A stretch of 64,000 bases of DNA from positions 10,980 through 74,979 of IMG/VR virus record IMGVR_UViG_3300031760_000034; one strand, given 5' to 3'. Positions 8,027 through 15,803 of the stretch are shown piece after piece; the first letter of the stretch is position 1; each line of letters starts with the position of its first letter. Both the position numbers and the translations under genes were made by a program. The stretch is from a virus. Its lineage: Duplodnaviria; Caudoviricetes. The notes beneath the pieces were generated by a model. It was not told the DNA's origin. It did not search any database and worked only from the letters and a program-made list of their open reading frames with translations.

Positions 8027-8797
8027 ATGAGTAGAAAGAATTTTACAGTGGCAACGACCGAAGATGGTAAGACCACATTGACAAAGATAGATAAGACTCC
8101 CACAGGTAAAGTAAAGACAATGAAGAATAAGGAAGAGCTTCAGAAAGCCCGTGAGGAACAGTATAAAAACTTCCGCATTAACGCTTTGAAGCGCCGTGCT
8201 AAGCGCATGGGATTGACTGATGAGCAAATAGCAGTTAAGGTTAAGGAGTTGGAGAAGCAAATGGCTTCTACTAATGATTATGATATACTTATCATGTATA
8301 ACCCCAACGACTTCAACCTGGTAAAGCAAGCCCTATTGAATGACAACATAGCATGGAAGATGCTTGTATCGTCATATGGATTCATTGAGGGTGATGATGA
8401 ACTGCTAGCAGACCTGCGAAAACTACTTCCGCCGTCTGCAAAAATCTATCCGCATGTGAAGCGCAAGCCGCCAATCTTGCCCTCACAGCAGCCTTCTGGA
8501 CGTAGTAAGAAGACTCGTACGAAGGCTGAGAAGAAGAATCTCGCAGCAGCAGCTAAGAAAGCGCGCAAGGCTGCAAAGAGCCTAAAGACTAAAGAAGCGC
8601 GACGACAGCAGGTTATTGCTAAGCATAAAGAGGAGAAAAATAAGACTTCTCGTAAGGCAGCAAAGGCTAAAATGCTGTTCGATAAACGCTGTCAGAAGGC
8701 TCAAAAAGCTAAGGGTGGTACGACTATACAGACGAAGGCTAAAAAGCCGTCAGTGAGCCCGAAAAAGGCCTCTACGAGCCTAAAACAGGCCGCTTAA
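8027..8797 (+). CDS. Basic Lys/Ala-rich protein with a histone-H1-like tail
   Basis: C-terminal third rich in K/A/R (AAAAKKARKAAK, SPKKAS); ends ...LKQAA. Confidence 0.8.
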   Translation: MSRKNFTVATTEDGKTTLTKIDKTPTGKVKTMKNKEELQKAREEQYKNFRINALKRRAKRMGLTDEQIAVKVKELEKQMASTNDYDILIMYNPNDFNLVKQALLNDNIAWKMLVSSYGFIEGDDELLADLRKLLPPSAKIYPHVKRKPPILPSQQPSGRSKKTRTKAEKKNLAAAAKKARKAAKSLKTKEARRQQVIAKHKEEKNKTSRKAAKAKMLFDKRCQKAQKAKGGTTIQTKAKKPSVSPKKASTSLKQAA

Positions 8798-8826
8798 CCT
8801 ATGTGTAACTTAACTATTATGTAATT

Positions 8827-9666
8827 ATGGGACACAATAGAGTACGAGCAAAAGTGCGTCAAAGAAAAGTAGCCGCACTTGCAGCCTATAGCCGTCAGTT
8901 TACCGTTAGAAACACGAAGAAAGGTATATCTGAAAAGATAGATCATAAGCGTGTTGGAGGTGATATTCCTAAGGATATGATTATAACAAATCCTCTAACT
9001 GGTAATAAGTTTGTAATGGTTAATCCTCATACCATAACTGGCAATTATGGAGTAACTATAACAAGTCACGACTGGATTCCTATAGAGGAATATAAGTCTG
9101 AACATGGCTTATTATGGGAGCACAAAAAGTATCCACAGTCTAAGAATCTTCGAAAGAAGGTATCTCACTGGTATACTACAAAAGATGGTGTGAAACATTA
9201 TGTATCACATAAGTCTGAGTATCCAGACTATACTCCTCATAAGATAAATCGGGTAGAGTATAATGAGAAACTTGTTGAGCATAAACTCAAGAAGTGGGAA
9301 CGTAAGAACCCAGCTCCAGCCGATATGTTCACTGAGGATGTAGAGAAGTGGAAACAACTGCGAGAAACAATGAAAGAACGATTTAGAGACTTCGTCGTCT
9401 CTATCTACGACCCTCTACCCTTGACTGGACGATTTGTCGTAGCCAAGGAAGGCTCTGCAAAATATACTGAAGAGAAAGTTGCAGAGATTAAGGATATCAA
9501 TGGTGATGGACACCGCGTAAATGAAGTCACCAAAGATTCCAAATTAATTAAGAAAGCTCAGAAGATTACCAATGAGACAAAAGCAAAGCGCAAGAATCTC
9601 ATTGCAACTAATCTGAAAGACCATAAGCGACAGAAAGGTAGGATAATCTTACCTGAAGCCGCATAA
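8827..9666 (+). CDS. Hypothetical basic protein
   Basis: 279 aa, K-rich, ends ...LPEAA. Confidence 0.8.
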   Translation: MGHNRVRAKVRQRKVAALAAYSRQFTVRNTKKGISEKIDHKRVGGDIPKDMIITNPLTGNKFVMVNPHTITGNYGVTITSHDWIPIEEYKSEHGLLWEHKKYPQSKNLRKKVSHWYTTKDGVKHYVSHKSEYPDYTPHKINRVEYNEKLVEHKLKKWERKNPAPADMFTEDVEKWKQLRETMKERFRDFVVSIYDPLPLTGRFVVAKEGSAKYTEEKVAEIKDINGDGHRVNEVTKDSKLIKKAQKITNETKAKRKNLIATNLKDHKRQKGRIILPEAA

Positions 9667-9710
9667 ATACACATTACACACACTCTTCGCAACGGTAGTT
9701 GTGTAATGTG

Positions 9711-9797
9711 GGGTGTGCTACCAGAGTCCATACACGGACGTTAGGATGGTTCTTCGTCAGCGAAACGGAGAGTGGTTCGATTCCACCGCACATACTA
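9711..9797 (+). ncRNA. tRNA-like element 2
   Basis: GTGTGC(9713-9718)/GCACAT(9788-9793) acceptor followed by U8A9. GTGG-TTCGATT-CCAC T-arm (9772-9786). Enlarged D-side arm (ACCA..GTCC/GGAC..TGGT) and a 7-bp stem with loop CAGCGAA. No variable loop, no U33. Confidence 0.55.
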
Positions 9798-9813
9798 ACT
9801 AAATAGTAGAAGC

Positions 9814-11679
9814 ATGATAATTAAGAACCTATGTGTCCATACTTATGACATAGAGGTATTTCCAAACTGCTTCCACTGTTGTTGCAAGAATACTGAGACT
9901 AATCAAGTCATTAAATTCGAGATAAGCGAGAGAAGGAATCAGCTGGCAGAGCTAGTTGATTTCTTCTTTTATAGTCTTGACAACAAAATGTTTTGTGGGT
10001 ATAATAACCATCATTATGATGATGTTATTATCAACTATATGATTGATTTGTTTTACAAACTCAACCAATTACCATATTGGAAGATATGTAGATCGCTGTA
10101 TAACCTTTCAACAACTATAGTAAATTCAGAAGATGGAAACATCGAAAAGTTTAAAAAGTGGAAGTATGCGAAGTACTTCTATTCAATGGATTTACTAACG
10201 ATGCAATTCAGTCGTAAATTGCGCGTAGGTCTTAAAACCATGCAATGCACTATGCACTATAGAAACGTGCAAGAATACGATGGTGACTTTAATGCACCTA
10301 TCCCAGTCAGTAAGATTGACGATATGATTGCATATAATGTCAATGATGTTGACTCAACTACAGAACTTCTTAATAGATTAGCAGATCAAGTCGAGCTTAG
10401 ACTTTTTATTGAGAAAGAGCACGGCATAGACTGTTTATCTATGGATTCTGTTAAGATGGCAGAGACTTTTCTACTCGAAAAATACTCCGAGAAGTCAGGT
10501 ATTCCTAAAAATGTTATAAAGGAAATGAGATCTCCGATGGATTATATTCCATTGAAAGATATTATACTGCCATTTATAAAATACAAAAACCCAAAGTTAC
10601 AGAGCATCTTAGAGGAAATGAAGGAACAGGTAGTTTACTCTAAGGAGCGAAAAGGCTACGAGAAGAAGTTTGTTCTCTCGAATGTGGTATATTCTATAGG
10701 AGTTGGAGGTATCCATACTATTCATACTCCTAAAATATTCCTCCCAAAAGATGATGAGGTGATTGGGCACGCTGATGTGGCGTCAATGTACCCGTCCTTG
10801 CTCATTGAATATCAATGGGGTCCTCGTCATTTGGGAAAATTATTTTGCGAATTGTTTGCCCAATTGAAAGTCGAAAGACTAGAAGCAAAACATACAGGTC
10901 AGAAAGTTAAGAACATGTTCCTTAAGATTGTGCTTAATTCACCTACAGGCAAAATGCAACAAGAGGTTAGTTGGATGTACGATCCATTTAATGTGTTTAA
11001 AATACGCATTAATGGCCAATTGATACTTCTTTTGCTCGTAGACAGGCTTTTAGCACTTGGATGTGAAATTATTCAGTGCAATACAGATGGAGTCGTCTAC
11101 AAGGCTAAAAAGGGCCTTAAACAGGCTATTTCAGATGCTATTAAGGAGGTGGAAGACCTTACTAGACTGGAATTTGAATCTGACGAGTATGAAGCATTCT
11201 ATCAGTACGCTATTAATGACTACTTTGGTGTCTTAAAAGATGGTGAGATAGAAGAAAAAGGTATGTTTATTACTAAACACAAGTTAGGCAAAGGACTTGC
11301 TCCGGTAGTAATACCGAAGGCTGTAATAAACTACTTCGTGAAAGGAGAACCAATTGAAGAATTTATTAAATCTGATGGAGACATCAGGGACTTCCTTATG
11401 AGCCAACAGGTTGATAAGAAGTTTGAAGTGTGGCACGCGGAAAATCAAGTGCAACGCATTAATAGATTCTACGCATCTACTGATGGAGCATATTTATTTA
11501 AATATGACCCAAATAGTGGACGTGATAAAGAAAATATGCTAACTAAATCAGGAGTAACAATCTTGAATCAGTTATACGATACTACTGTAGAAGGTCGAAA
11601 GATTAACTACAGGTACTATATCAGCGAAGCCAAGAAGATTATTTCTGACTTTACTGAACAACAACTAGAACTATTTTAA
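9814..11679 (+). CDS. polB: DNA polymerase, family B
   Basis: Exonuclease motifs YDIEVF and GYNNHHYDD; polymerase motifs DVASMYPS, KIVLNSPTGK and NTDG. No intein-sized insertion. Confidence 0.93.
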   Translation: MIIKNLCVHTYDIEVFPNCFHCCCKNTETNQVIKFEISERRNQLAELVDFFFYSLDNKMFCGYNNHHYDDVIINYMIDLFYKLNQLPYWKICRSLYNLSTTIVNSEDGNIEKFKKWKYAKYFYSMDLLTMQFSRKLRVGLKTMQCTMHYRNVQEYDGDFNAPIPVSKIDDMIAYNVNDVDSTTELLNRLADQVELRLFIEKEHGIDCLSMDSVKMAETFLLEKYSEKSGIPKNVIKEMRSPMDYIPLKDIILPFIKYKNPKLQSILEEMKEQVVYSKERKGYEKKFVLSNVVYSIGVGGIHTIHTPKIFLPKDDEVIGHADVASMYPSLLIEYQWGPRHLGKLFCELFAQLKVERLEAKHTGQKVKNMFLKIVLNSPTGKMQQEVSWMYDPFNVFKIRINGQLILLLLVDRLLALGCEIIQCNTDGVVYKAKKGLKQAISDAIKEVEDLTRLEFESDEYEAFYQYAINDYFGVLKDGEIEEKGMFITKHKLGKGLAPVVIPKAVINYFVKGEPIEEFIKSDGDIRDFLMSQQVDKKFEVWHAENQVQRINRFYASTDGAYLFKYDPNSGRDKENMLTKSGVTILNQLYDTTVEGRKINYRYYISEAKKIISDFTEQQLELF

Positions 11680-11680
11680 T

Positions 11681-12247
11681 ATGATTATTGAAGTAGATAC
11701 TAAAATCCTGGACGCGTTTCCAGGTCTCAATTCAAATCAGTTAATATTCCTAAGTATGATATTGGGTAAGAATCAACCAAAATATCAAGACGTCCGCAAA
11801 ATTGTCAGCCTTATAAGCGACGAAGACATATCATACTTAGTTTCTCAAGAACTAGTAACTGCGATAGAGAGCAGTGAGTCAATTACATATCAGCCAACGG
11901 ATAAACTTATATCCTCGGTTAAACCAGAGAAAGATTATTTCGATGTGTTTTATGATATGTACCCAGTGTATGTTATGCGAGCAGATGGGAGTAAATCTTA
12001 TCTACGAGCTAATGTTAACAAGTGCCGTCATTTCTTCAACAGTAAATGTGGGAGAAGTTCTGCAATGGCGGAGCATTTAATTAAATGTCTAGATTATGAA
12101 GTTTCAAAGCGTATGCGAGAGGGTTCTCTAGGCTATATGATGACAATGTGGAACTGGTTAACACGTTCACAGTGGGAAGCGATTGAGGAAGAAATGCAGG
12201 ATACAACTAAACAAGCTGTAAACTCTTATGGAACAGAACTTATCTAA
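11681..12247 (+). CDS. Putative replication initiator or helicase-loader-like protein
   Basis: Lies between polB and the helicase. N-terminal HTH-like region and a C-terminal 'FDVFYDMYP...WNWL' pattern typical of phage replisome organisers (inference). Confidence 0.55.
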   Translation: MIIEVDTKILDAFPGLNSNQLIFLSMILGKNQPKYQDVRKIVSLISDEDISYLVSQELVTAIESSESITYQPTDKLISSVKPEKDYFDVFYDMYPVYVMRADGSKSYLRANVNKCRHFFNSKCGRSSAMAEHLIKCLDYEVSKRMREGSLGYMMTMWNWLTRSQWEAIEEEMQDTTKQAVNSYGTELI

Positions 12248-13154
12248 TCTTGTAAGACCTATGCGAGTTGTAGCCCAAGAGGCTATAAACTATGTAGAAG
12301 GTCGAAAGAATCACGATGTGGTATCTTTACAGACTAGGTGGAAGAAGTTCAATAAGCAATGTATGGGTGGTATTGAACCTAATACTATTTATACATTTGG
12401 AGGCATTTCTGGAACAGGAAAGAGTTCACTTGTGAACACAATCCAAACTGATTTGATAGAGCTAAATCCTTCTAGGGATATAATAATTCTGAACTTCTCA
12501 TTAGAGATGGTAGCATTTAGGCAAGTTGGAAGGACGCTTTCTAATAAGCTCAGGAAAACGACTTCGACTTTGTATAGCTCGGAAACGAGCCTTGATGACA
12601 GCACTTTTGCTCAGGTCATTAAAGTATGTAACCAGCTAAAGGAGTATCCTATCTATTTTGTAGATAGTCCTACTACTCCCATGCAAGTTCAAGAGATTGT
12701 ATTTAATTTCTATAATACGTATGTAAAAGGTACAGGAAAGCATTTCGTCATACTATATGACCATGCTCTCTTAACCAAACCGATCGGGACCGTACTGGAA
12801 ACGATTGCAGAGTTACAACGTGTTTTCATTCAGGTCAAGAAATTGCCTATGACATCTGTTATACAGATTGCTCAGATGAATCGAAATATAGAAGCTCCTG
12901 AAAGGATTAATAATCCGCTGTCGCATTATCCTATGCGTAGCGATTTTTCATCGTCTGATGCAATTTTCCAAGGCAGTGATTATGTCATGGCTCTACATCG
13001 ACCAGAGATTTTGAACATCTTAGAATATGGTCCAAATCATTTACCTACTCAAAACAAGGTATACGTGCACATCCTAAAGAATAGAGATGCTGGTAAGCCT
13101 TGCATACTCGAATTCGAGAACGACCTAATGTTCAACAACCTCATTGAATGTTAA
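12228..13154 (+). CDS. dnaB: Replicative SF4 (DnaB-like) helicase
   Basis: Walker A GGISGTGKS, 'FSLEM', 'VILYDH', 'QMNR', 'SSSDAIFQGSD', 'HILKNRDAG'. Confidence 0.92.
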   Translation: MEQNLSNLVRPMRVVAQEAINYVEGRKNHDVVSLQTRWKKFNKQCMGGIEPNTIYTFGGISGTGKSSLVNTIQTDLIELNPSRDIIILNFSLEMVAFRQVGRTLSNKLRKTTSTLYSSETSLDDSTFAQVIKVCNQLKEYPIYFVDSPTTPMQVQEIVFNFYNTYVKGTGKHFVILYDHALLTKPIGTVLETIAELQRVFIQVKKLPMTSVIQIAQMNRNIEAPERINNPLSHYPMRSDFSSSDAIFQGSDYVMALHRPEILNILEYGPNHLPTQNKVYVHILKNRDAGKPCILEFENDLMFNNLIEC

Positions 13155-13196
13155 TGCATCAGACTAGTATTAACGTTTTAAAAGAAAGGCTGAATT

Positions 13197-13655
13197 ATGA
13201 CAAAGTATACTTTTTCTCTTAAGGATAATAACAAGATTAACAATACCTTTTGTGGCAATACCAGTACAAACTATTCTAAGATTCTTGATGATCTTATCAA
13301 TGCTGATATAAAGGAGAAGAACCCGTGGTTGTTTACTAATAGTACTCCTAAGACGGAGACCATTAAGATTAAGATTAATGGTAAGACTACAAATACGTTC
13401 GATATGAGCGATATTTATAAGTTCTTCAATGGTTATAAGTTTACTAACAACTGCCCCTTTATTAAGGATAAGATTTATTATCTCGCAGATGGTACTCCTT
13501 TCTACCTGACTGATGATTATATCACGATTGGTTTTAATACGTATTACTTCTACGAGTTCGGTAACCCCATTTTTATTAATGGCATGACCGATAGTTTCAA
13601 GAAGACTATTGCTACGATTTATATTGATGGTCTGAAGATTACAATTAAGAAATAA
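13197..13655 (+). CDS. Hypothetical protein
   Basis: 152-aa ORF preceded by the TAGTATTAAC motif. Confidence 0.8.
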   Translation: MTKYTFSLKDNNKINNTFCGNTSTNYSKILDDLINADIKEKNPWLFTNSTPKTETIKIKINGKTTNTFDMSDIYKFFNGYKFTNNCPFIKDKIYYLADGTPFYLTDDYITIGFNTYYFYEFGNPIFINGMTDSFKKTIATIYIDGLKITIKK

Positions 13656-13667
13656 TTTAGTATAATT

Positions 13668-14414
13668 ATGAGCTTAGTACTACCAACACAACCAGTTCCT
13701 GCGACTTCGGTTAATCCTCAGTATCTCATACTGTATGGACTGCCGAAATCAGGAAAGACCAGCTGTGTTGCTCAGATACCTAACAATTTGATTATAGACC
13801 TCGAAGGAGGTTCTACTTTTATTGATGCTATGGCTGTACAAGCACGCACGATAGAAGATCTTGGTCAAATTGCTCAGGCGATTCGAGCAAAGAACGAAGA
13901 AGTTGGTCATAAATTTTATAAACATATTACAATTGATAATGCAACTCGTCTAGAGGACATTTGCATGGGTTACGCTTGCACGTTGTATCGTCAAACTGAA
14001 CTAGGTAAAAACTGGAAAGGTAATGATGTTACAACACTTGCTCGTGGTGCTGGATATGGTTATCTTCGAACAGCAGTAAAGAAGGTAATTGACATGTTCA
14101 AAGAACTCTGTGATGAGTTTATACTTATAGGACATGTCAAAGACAGCATTACAGATAAAGATGGCCAAGAGGTCAATGCCAAAGAGATTGACCTTGTCGG
14201 GAAACTCGGCAAGATTGTATGCGGCATGGCCGACGCAGTTGGCTACGTGTATCGCAAAGACAATGAAACCCATATTAGCTTTAAGTCCGGAGGAGACGGC
14301 ACTATTATGGAAGCACGTGCTCGTCATATCGCGGGCAAAGATATCGTCATTGCGACAGGCAACGAAGATGGAAGCATAACAACATATTGGGATAAAGTTT
14401 ATAAACCTGAATAA
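13668..14414 (+). CDS. AAA-family ATPase (AAA_24/Sak4-like recombination protein)
   Basis: Walker A YGLPKSGKT, 'IIDLEGGS', Walker B 'ITIDNAT', 'ILIGH', 'ADAVGY'. Adjacent to the SSB gene. Confidence 0.85.
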   Translation: MSLVLPTQPVPATSVNPQYLILYGLPKSGKTSCVAQIPNNLIIDLEGGSTFIDAMAVQARTIEDLGQIAQAIRAKNEEVGHKFYKHITIDNATRLEDICMGYACTLYRQTELGKNWKGNDVTTLARGAGYGYLRTAVKKVIDMFKELCDEFILIGHVKDSITDKDGQEVNAKEIDLVGKLGKIVCGMADAVGYVYRKDNETHISFKSGGDGTIMEARARHIAGKDIVIATGNEDGSITTYWDKVYKPE

Positions 14415-14427
14415 AATCTAAGGAACT

Positions 14428-15039
14428 ATGTATAGTACAAAAACAGCAACAACAAATAATACGGAGTTTAATAGCTCGTATATGCCTACTGGCATCAATG
14501 AAAATATAACCTTGAAAGAGGTTAACGTAAATAAGACACCTAACGGTCGTGATTTCTTGGAGATAATCTTTGAGAATGAAAACGGTCAGACAGCAACTAT
14601 GACTGAGTGGAAGAACGAGAAGAATATGTGGATTAAGACCGACGAGGATTTACAGCGTCGCGATAATCAGCAGTTTGGTCGTATTCTGCAGGTAATAGAT
14701 GCAGTTAAAGGTGGTCATAATGACTTTGAGGGTTCCTCATTCATCGAAATGATTACTTGGGCTAAGACTTGTCTTAGTGATGGTGAGAGTAGTTCTGTTC
14801 GTCTTAAGGTGACTTATGACAAGAATGGATATACTCAGGTGTCTAAGAACGGTATTTTTATTGAAGCCATGAGTGTTGCAAAAGAAGAGTCGCAGATTAA
14901 GCTTTGGAAGAACGATCTTCTGGAGCGTCCCGTACAGGCTGACGTTGAGAAGCCTAACGATCCGCTCGGATCACCTAATATTGGTGTAACCGCTCCGGTG
15001 ACTGCAGACTCTACAGGTGCTGACGACCTTCCTTTCTGA
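14428..15039 (+). CDS. ssb: Single-stranded DNA-binding protein (phage type)
   Basis: Follows the Sak4-like ATPase; beta-rich core, flexible tail and terminal DDLPF. Confidence 0.75.
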   Translation: MYSTKTATTNNTEFNSSYMPTGINENITLKEVNVNKTPNGRDFLEIIFENENGQTATMTEWKNEKNMWIKTDEDLQRRDNQQFGRILQVIDAVKGGHNDFEGSSFIEMITWAKTCLSDGESSSVRLKVTYDKNGYTQVSKNGIFIEAMSVAKEESQIKLWKNDLLERPVQADVEKPNDPLGSPNIGVTAPVTADSTGADDLPF

Positions 15040-15093
15040 GGATAATGGTCAGTGGTGGAGGACTGGAGGATTAATCCTTCAGCCCCTTACTAA

Positions 15094-15184
15094 GGGTTTA
15101 TATGCAACGGCAGTCGGGCGGCTGGTGGGATGGTAAACCACGTAAATGCAGTCCGTTTGGGGTTCAACTCCCCGTAAACCCACA
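15094..15184 (+). ncRNA. tRNA-like element 3 (perfect acceptor stem, rearranged core, possible GGU anticodon)
   Basis: GGGTTTA(15094-15100)/TAAACCC 7-bp acceptor with A73 and U8A9. TGGGG-TTCAACT-CCCCG T-arm. 55-nt core with AACGG/CCGTT, CAGTC/GGCTG and GTGG-GATGGTAAA-CCAC. Confidence 0.6.
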
Positions 15185-15219
15185 CATTATCTTGACTTAA
15201 TTATGACGAAAGAAGAGAT

Positions 15220-15405
15220 ATGAAAGTTTATGTAAAATGGTATAATGATATAAAAGAAGGAGATCTACTTGAAGAAGAATATCTTATTGATAAATTTAAA
15301 TATAGACAAGTAGTAATAAATATTGATGGTCATACAATAACAGCATTATATACTCCTGAACACATATACTATGACGAAAGAAGAGAGAAAAGTTTGGTAT
15401 CATGA
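15220..15405 (+). CDS. Small hypothetical protein
   Basis: 61-aa ORF with an A-rich leader, between tRNA-like elements 3 and 4. Confidence 0.6.
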   Translation: MKVYVKWYNDIKEGDLLEEEYLIDKFKYRQVVINIDGHTITALYTPEHIYYDERREKSLVS

Positions 15406-15495
15406 TTGGTGGTGGAATCGTGGTGGTAGAGAACAGACTCTACAACGACGAAGAGAAAGAGGTCCTCTAAAATGGGGTACCAAACTAAACAATGG

Positions 15496-15576
15496 AAATC
15501 AGTAGCCTAGAGGTTATGGCGGTCATCTACGAGATAGGTGACGGATTGTGGGGTTCGATTCCTCACCTGGTTACAA
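15496..15576 (+). ncRNA. tRNA-like element 4 (6/6 acceptor/T fold, extended anticodon arm)
   Basis: AATCAG/CTGGTT acceptor, U8A9, GCC-TAGAGGTTAT-GGC D-arm, GTCATCTA-CGAGA-TAGGTGAC arm, GGATT variable loop, GTGGGG-TTCGATT-CCTCAC T-arm. Ends ACAA one base before the HicA ATG. Confidence 0.65.
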
Positions 15577-15577
15577 T

Positions 15578-15802
15578 ATGAAAGGAAAGAAAGCATTAAA
15601 AACTTATTCCTACAAAGAATTTAAAGAACTTCTTGGTACTCTTGGGTTCTTTGAGCATCATAAGAATAGTACACATATGGTATTTGCAAATGCAAAGCGT
15701 CGATATGTTACTGTACCTTTTTCTAATAAGAAAGAGATAAATCCTATGATGACTACAGTAACTCTACAGAGGATTAAGAATCATCAATGTAGGACATTGT
15801 AA
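15578..15802 (+). CDS. hicA: HicA-family (dsRBD-fold) RNase-like protein with no adjacent HicB
   Basis: 'KEFKELLGTLGFFEHHKNSTHMVF...VTVPF...KEINP' matches the HicA pattern (GF..xSH..F..VTVP). ATG 15578 is preferred to the track's GTG 15548, which lies inside the T-arm. Confidence 0.7.
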   Translation: MKGKKALKTYSYKEFKELLGTLGFFEHHKNSTHMVFANAKRRYVTVPFSNKKEINPMMTTVTLQRIKNHQCRTL

Positions 15803-15803
15803 T

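Noticed and set aside
15465-15471. Second CT-CTA-AA string near the tRNA-like elements
   Set aside because: The flanks do not form an anticodon stem. No suppressor tRNA was found in the window; it is presumably elsewhere in the genome.
7904-15580. Theta (HDV-like) ribozymes at tRNA 3' ends, or tmRNA
   Set aside because: The sequence 3' of each tRNA-like element is an AT-rich leader or an ORF, without the nested P1/P3 pseudoknot. No tag reading frame or CCA end.
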